64,000 bases of DNA from a virus (lineage: Duplodnaviria; Caudoviricetes), in the IMG/VR virus record IMGVR_UViG_3300029288_004944, positions 32,001 through 96,000 of that record; one strand, written 5' to 3'. Of the stretch, positions 59,081 to 64,000 are shown piece by piece. The position numbers and the translations under genes were made by a program. Positions within the stretch are counted from its first letter, which is position 1; each line of letters starts with the position of its first letter. The notes beneath the pieces were generated by a model that did not search any database, was not told the DNA's origin, and saw only the letters and a program-made list of their open reading frames with translations.

Positions 59081-59877
59081 TCATGATTTTTCCTTATTTT
59101 AAGATTTTTTTCATGCACAGATTTCAGTAAACTGTAATCCAAATCAAGATCTTTATATAAACCCATAAGAGCAACCATGTCCTTATAAAAACATTTTCCA
59201 CCATATCCCTTAGATGTAGTTACGTCTAAATGTGAATCATGTATTCTTTTGTCTGCTACCACCATTTTTTTAACTTCTTCATATTTAATTCCCAATTTCT
59301 CACACAAAGCATACATCTCATTTGCAAAAATAACCTTTGTAGACAAAAAACAGTTAGCCATATATTTTACCATTTCAGCCGTAGTTAGATCAGTACCAAA
59401 TATGGGAGTCTTTGAAAACCCATGCATTCTATATAAATCCATAACTCTAATTCTCACTCTATCATTATCTGATCCTACCACTACCCTATCCGTATTCACA
59501 AAATCTTCCAAATAATTGGCCTCAGTTAAAAACTCAGGATTAAAACAAAAATTACAATCAGGATATTTTTTAGAATAATTGCGTGTTGTGCCAGGAACAA
59601 CTGTTGACTTAATTGTAATAATCTTATCCGTACTTTTAGCATAATATGAAATTTCCTCCATATTCTCATCTATAATAGATAGATCAATCTTATTATCTTT
59701 ATACAGAGTAGGTAGACACACAAAAATATGTTCAGCAAACTTTACCACACTTTCAAGAGTGTCAGATTCCTGAAACTTATCATAATATTTTATATCACAA
59801 AACTTCTTAAACCCATACTCGACAGCATTCCCGACAATTCCTTTGCCAATAATCCCTATATTCTTACCTGCAATCAT
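59035..59877 (-). CDS. UDP-glucose/GDP-mannose 6-dehydrogenase, short form lacking the C-terminal domain
   Basis: GKGIVG; KSTVVPGT; NPEFL; AEMVKY..N; GYGGKCF..D. Confidence 0.85.
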   Translation of the reverse strand: MIAGKNIGIIGKGIVGNAVEYGFKKFCDIKYYDKFQESDTLESVVKFAEHIFVCLPTLYKDNKIDLSIIDENMEEISYYAKSTDKIITIKSTVVPGTTRNYSKKYPDCNFCFNPEFLTEANYLEDFVNTDRVVVGSDNDRVRIRVMDLYRMHGFSKTPIFGTDLTTAEMVKYMANCFLSTKVIFANEMYALCEKLGIKYEEVKKMVVADKRIHDSHLDVTTSKGYGGKCFYKDMVALMGLYKDLDLDYSLLKSVHEKNLKIRKNHDWEEIPFVSGDMEKK

Positions 59878-60842
59878 TACACTCCTCCTCTATGAAATTC
59901 CGGAAAAATATCATACACACACCAATCATTCGTTGTTTTCAATTGTTCAATAGTCTTTTTATACGCATTAATGTCTCTACCATACAACCACTTCATATAA
60001 ATCTTCATAAACCCCGTATTTATAGGTATTGTTCCCCATAACGTTGCCCAACCATTAATTCCGGTTTTTAATCCATAAGTCTTATCTACATCCCAAAAAT
60101 TACACAATCTTGACCATTTGGCCCTAAAATAATTAGCCGACTTATTAGCCCAAGCATCTCTATTGGGATTCCATCCGGCCTTATTACTTGCCTCTTTATG
60201 TATAGCCACAACATCTTTGATCATGGCAAGATCTTTTCCTGACCACCTAACAGCAAGAGAATAATCAAAATCTTCAAATCCATAAAAATAATTAGGATCG
60301 GCGTATCCTCCACCACCATTTAAATATTCTCCTGTAGATATTGAATCATCATTCATTATAGAATAAAAATTATTCATATAATCAATTGTCTTGCGTGGGA
60401 TTAACATACAATAGGTAATCAAAATATCCGTATTTATATAATCACCCATATCGATCTGATTACCGTGAGCATAGCTATAAGTACCAACAATACCAACATT
60501 TTCTGAATGCTTTTCATAGCATTCAATTAATTTTTGATCCCATTCTTCTTTTATGTCAATATCCGTATCACATCTTAATATATATTCACATTGGGCTTTT
60601 TTCATTGCCAAATTCATACCTTTGCCCAAACCAATATTTGCTCTGTTAGTTATTACTTTAATTTTATCATTTTTTAGACTGTTAAGATATTTAGATATTG
60701 AACCATCTTCGCTATTATCAGAAATAACGATCTCATAGGGATTTTTAGTATATTTTGGAATATCGGAAATAAACTTATAAAAATCTTCACGCAGTACGTG
60801 TTCCACAGCACAAATAGAAACTTTTGGAAATGTATACGGCAT
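59877..60842 (-). CDS. GT2-like glycosyltransferase (family B)
   Basis: SDNSED; CDTDI; EDFDY; YFRAKW. Confidence 0.75.
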   Translation of the reverse strand: MPYTFPKVSICAVEHVLREDFYKFISDIPKYTKNPYEIVISDNSEDGSISKYLNSLKNDKIKVITNRANIGLGKGMNLAMKKAQCEYILRCDTDIDIKEEWDQKLIECYEKHSENVGIVGTYSYAHGNQIDMGDYINTDILITYCMLIPRKTIDYMNNFYSIMNDDSISTGEYLNGGGGYADPNYFYGFEDFDYSLAVRWSGKDLAMIKDVVAIHKEASNKAGWNPNRDAWANKSANYFRAKWSRLCNFWDVDKTYGLKTGINGWATLWGTIPINTGFMKIYMKWLYGRDINAYKKTIEQLKTTNDWCVYDIFPEFHRGGV

Positions 60843-60869
60843 TTATTCTCCTTTCTTTCAAACAATTAT

Positions 60870-60898
60870 AGTATAGCATACAAATTATCATTTGTCAA
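60870..60898 (-). promoter_or_regulatory. Sigma70-type promoter (repeat copy 4)
   Basis: TTGACA-aatgataatttgtatgc-TATACT. Confidence 0.8.
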
Positions 60899-60904
60899 AT
60901 TATC

Positions 60905-61201
60905 TTAACTTTTATTAATAGAAACAGTAAAACCAAAGCCTACGATTGTAATAATAACACCCACCCAAAATAAAATTGGAACAAGAAAAATTCTAACAAT
61001 TCCAAATGCAATTCCACTGCTTAACATTGGATGTTGCTGAACAGAATCTACTAACATCTTTATACCACCGTACCCTGCCCACATCAATGAAAAGAAAATA
61101 ATCGTTATCAAACCTAAGAACATAATCAACAATCCAAGCAATGTAGCAATTCTATCCCAATTTCTCTTTCTTTTATATGCCTTCATATTTACTTCGAGCA
61201 T
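60905..61201 (-). CDS. Two-TM membrane protein
   Basis: Two long hydrophobic segments. Confidence 0.65.
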   Translation of the reverse strand: MLEVNMKAYKRKRNWDRIATLLGLLIMFLGLITIIFFSLMWAGYGGIKMLVDSVQQHPMLSSGIAFGIVRIFLVPILFWVGVIITIVGFGFTVSINKS

Positions 61202-61214
61202 TTTACCTCCATTT

Positions 61215-61487
61215 TTATTTTAAATATTTTTTGCTCCATTTGCCATATCTTGAAAAAAGCATCATACATATGTTAGAAATATCTACCAACTCCAACAAAA
61301 ATTTATCACTTTTCTCTCCCTCTATATTTCTCCATTCGAGATATTCTTCATCAAGTTTCTTTTCAAGAAAAGACATATCATTTAAACTGTCATCCCAACC
61401 ACTTTTATGTCCATCATGCAATCTTAACACTTGCTCCATCTTCTCTGCAAATCTTTTTACAGCAGGCCTTAATACTATTTTACTCAT
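61215..61487 (-). CDS. MazG-like all-alpha protein
   Basis: L.EE..E...ELVDISN..MM. Confidence 0.55.
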   Translation of the reverse strand: MSKIVLRPAVKRFAEKMEQVLRLHDGHKSGWDDSLNDMSFLEKKLDEEYLEWRNIEGEKSDKFLLELVDISNICMMLFSRYGKWSKKYLK

Positions 61488-61777
61488 TTATCCCCCTTAG
61501 TTAGACTAAAAGTCCTAACATTTTTCAAATACTCATATTTACCGGTTTTTGCTAATGCCTCTAACTTTTCATCAATAGCACTAACCAATTTAGCCTTATT
61601 CTCATTTGCGGCCCTACTTGATTTATCCCATTCGGCAATTTTTTTAAGATCAGGATTACTTTTCTTGTGCTCATCTACTTTAAAATGTTCAAAATCTCTA
61701 ACCTTTAATATCTCAATAGTAAGCCTCTCCATTAAAAATCCAACTCCCTCAACACCGATCAATGATTTACTCTTCAT
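61484..61777 (-). CDS. DUF4254-like helical protein
   Basis: E.VG.LMERLTI..LK...N..K..L...ID. Confidence 0.5.
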   Translation of the reverse strand: MKSKSLIGVEGVGFLMERLTIEILKVRDFEHFKVDEHKKSNPDLKKIAEWDKSSRAANENKAKLVSAIDEKLEALAKTGKYEYLKNVRTFSLTKGDK

Positions 61778-62055
61778 AGTTCCTTATCTCCCTTTTTAAA
61801 ATATTTATCAAAATTCTTATCATCTGTATACCATTTTTCTAACTCAAAAAAACCACATTCTTCGGCGCAAGCCAAACCATCCCAAGATCTTATTCTACTC
61901 CCATCACAAAACTTGCTCTTCTTATTATCACACCTCACTTCTCCATCAAACGATTGTTTATGTTTACACCAATGACAATGCATTCCATTCTTATTGCCGA
62001 GCCACGACATTGCAACTTTTGACCATTTTTCAGAAATTTTATTTACTTTTCTCAT
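61774..62055 (-). CDS. Cys-rich hypothetical protein
   Basis: CHWC...C...C...C...C. Confidence 0.6.
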   Translation of the reverse strand: MRKVNKISEKWSKVAMSWLGNKNGMHCHWCKHKQSFDGEVRCDNKKSKFCDGSRIRSWDGLACAEECGFFELEKWYTDDKNFDKYFKKGDKEL

Positions 62056-62894
62056 CTCATTACTCCAGGAGATGCATCCTTCAACTCATTATCTTCTGGC
62101 AACTTGCCACCACATATGGGAACACCATCATACATATTTGGGCTTGGATTAAATAACTTCCCCATTTTATGAGCATTCATATATTTGGCATATGTTTTAT
62201 ATTTATTTGTTCCCTCCAATCCCAATATTGGATTTATATCAAGCATTTTATTTTCAAACGAAGGATGGTTACATACAATCCAACCTGCTTGCTGTAAAGA
62301 TCCGTACCAAAACACAGGAGCCATTATACCACGAGTATCCATAAATCCAACATCTTTGATCGCAGACTTACGCATTAACTGACTATGTCCATTAAATCCG
62401 TGACCTTGTTTATTACAAATAAGTATTGTCTTTCCATTTTCAGTTAAAACTCTCGCAGGATCCATTTTAACCACATTATCAAAAAATGGTTTACCATCAG
62501 CAGTCATAATTAATCCTGTCTTAGGTATAGCATCCATTATATCCTCATATTCTTTTAACCATTCTTTTTCCACTATGATATCGTTTAACACTCTACCATA
62601 ATATTGAATATCCTCTCTATCCATATATTTCTGCCAAAATTCATTCACAGGCCTCGCATACAGTTCGTTCTTATCATAAAAAGTGTAATGAACTTCTATG
62701 TAAGGATATTCTCTTTCAAGAAAAGAACTTTCCTGTAAATACTTTAAAAATTCAGCAGTTCCGTCCATTGATCCATTATCTACAATTTCAAGTACATGAG
62801 GATTTGTAGTGTTTTGCAAATAATTCCATAATACGGTCTTTGTATACTCAACTCTATTAAAATTTAGAAATAGTACAGCACTTTTTTTATCCAC
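62052..62894 (-). CDS. GT2-like glycosyltransferase (family A)
   Basis: FNRVEY; DNGSMDG; LNDI; EGTNKYKTY. Confidence 0.7.
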   Translation of the reverse strand: MDKKSAVLFLNFNRVEYTKTVLWNYLQNTTNPHVLEIVDNGSMDGTAEFLKYLQESSFLEREYPYIEVHYTFYDKNELYARPVNEFWQKYMDREDIQYYGRVLNDIIVEKEWLKEYEDIMDAIPKTGLIMTADGKPFFDNVVKMDPARVLTENGKTILICNKQGHGFNGHSQLMRKSAIKDVGFMDTRGIMAPVFWYGSLQQAGWIVCNHPSFENKMLDINPILGLEGTNKYKTYAKYMNAHKMGKLFNPSPNMYDGVPICGGKLPEDNELKDASPGVMR

Positions 62895-62907
62895 ACAACC
62901 TCCCTAT

Positions 62908-63153
62908 TTATTTTATTTCTTTCATATAATCTTTCATTCTGTTTATCTCTTTTTCCAATGCATCATTAAACTCCTGTTCTGTCTGCACCTCATCGGGAGA
63001 ATACCATTCTAATTTACCATCAGGAAATTTAATCCTGATAGTTTCTTTTCTACCGAGAATCTCAGGCAGAAAAGATGCCATTTCAAAAACTTCACCTTTA
63101 GCCGCTTCCATTGTTTTATATCTTAGGACATAGACAGAATCGCCCTTTTTCAT
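62908..63153 (-). CDS. Small SH3/KOW-like hypothetical protein
   Basis: KKGDSVYV...G.V...IKFPDG. Confidence 0.55.
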   Translation of the reverse strand: MKKGDSVYVLRYKTMEAAKGEVFEMASFLPEILGRKETIRIKFPDGKLEWYSPDEVQTEQEFNDALEKEINRMKDYMKEIK

Positions 63154-63782
63154 TTTATATCACCCTTTAATACTTTTTGTATAACATCGGCAACAGGGCC
63201 AACATCACACACCTTTTTACACCAATACCTTCCTGAACTTCCCGTCATATCCCACAATGCATCCACAGAAAAACCGGATTTATTCAATAATGCCCTTGTT
63301 TGTGCATGATTAGTCACAATAACATGATCGGGAATTCCTATATAACATTCATGTGGAATCATTAAAACTAACTTACCCCCCACTTTCAGCACTCTATTTG
63401 CTTCATATAAGGCTATTAGTGGAGAAATTGTATGCTCTAAAATCTCCCACATTATAACACCATCAAACATATTACTTGCCCAAGGTAATTCATGAACATC
63501 TCCAATTACTATTGATCCACCAATCCATTCGCCATATTTCTCAATCGCTTTCTTCTTTTCCACTTCGTTTATGGTTATACCAAACACAATTTTATCTTGA
63601 TTATGCAATTCATTCATGGCTACACCCGTTCCACAACCAATATCCAAAATTATTTTACAGTCATTTAAATAATCTAAATTACCCTTTCCAAGAGGCAAAG
63701 AAAGATCTTCTGTTCCACGATCCCTGTCTGCCATTTCCTTGGGCATTAACTTTAAATATCTATTCCACTTTTCTTGATCCAT
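63150..63782 (-). CDS. Methyltransferase type 11
   Basis: ILDIGCGTG; LPW..FD; LEH..P; RVLKVGG. Confidence 0.85.
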   Translation of the reverse strand: MDQEKWNRYLKLMPKEMADRDRGTEDLSLPLGKGNLDYLNDCKIILDIGCGTGVAMNELHNQDKIVFGITINEVEKKKAIEKYGEWIGGSIVIGDVHELPWASNMFDGVIMWEILEHTISPLIALYEANRVLKVGGKLVLMIPHECYIGIPDHVIVTNHAQTRALLNKSGFSVDALWDMTGSSGRYWCKKVCDVGPVADVIQKVLKGDIK

Positions 63783-63796
63783 TATATACTCCTATA

Positions 63797-64000
63797 TCAA
63801 ATTCTATCACATATCATTTTTAATCTTTCTTCCTGAATTCTTTCACTTTCAGCATGTACCTCACAAAATCCAACTTCAATATCATTTATTAAATGAACAA
63901 ATTCTTTTTCATTTCCGCTCCTAACAGTAACTTTACAACCAAAAATTTCAGCCAAATTCGGAATATCTGTATACTTATTAAATACATGCCAATCAAGTAT
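63797..64000 (-). CDS. Partial hypothetical protein (3' end; start outside the window)
   Basis: Open frame ILDWHVFNK...KMICDRI* by hand translation. Confidence 0.5.
   Translation of the reverse strand: MLDWHVFNKYTDIPNLAEIFGCKVTVRSGNEKEFVHLINDIEVGFCEVHAESERIQEERLKMICDRI

Noticed and set aside
430-63823. All plus-strand ORFs in the track, and short minus-strand ORFs nested in other frames
   Set aside because: They are antisense or frame shadows of well-supported minus-strand genes, with F/S/I/L-rich composition, no RBS and no motifs.
1-64000. tRNA/rRNA genes; archaeal Borg-type element
   Set aside because: No cloverleaf or rRNA-like segment was seen by eye; bacterial RecA, DnaN and sigma70 promoters and the lack of perfect tandem-repeat tracts argue against an archaeal element.

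Overview
AT-rich, gene-dense window in which essentially every credible gene lies on the minus strand, with strong GGAGG-type Shine-Dalgarno sites and overlapping or abutting stop/start codons. It reads as part of a large (jumbo-type) bacteriophage or phage-like extrachromosomal element infecting a bacterium. This is an inference: there is a bacterial-type recA, a dnaN fragment and sigma70 promoters, but no capsid, terminase or portal gene in the window. The left third (1-21 kb) holds two long modular polyprotein-like ORFs (one with a 2H-phosphoesterase/Acb1-like module and two ADP-ribosyltransferase-like modules), two arrays of small genes, homing endonucleases and a perfect parS palindrome at 1567-1582. 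The right two-thirds (23-64 kb) is a very large soluble glyco-modification island: 14 GT2/GT2-like genes, NDP-sugar enzymes, aminotransferase, acyl/formyl transferases, two WbqC, 7 SAM methyltransferases and 4 radical-SAM genes, interspersed with recA, a papain-like protease and a homing endonuclease. The most striking unexplained pattern is a fixed-register N-terminal peptide, M-x-[ILV]-[IKA]-x-x-[MIV]-[ILVA]-x-R-[WL]-(G), with Arg always at position 10. It heads 15 small proteins whose bodies belong to several unrelated families, and its three identical copies differ only at synonymous sites, which points to a protein-level addressing or docking tag. Other oddities: a poly-G frameshift in a DNA methyltransferase, a truncated beta-clamp fused to a sugar nucleotidyltransferase, a premature TAA in a triple-GT2 gene, four near-identical sigma70 promoters, and C-rich codon patches.
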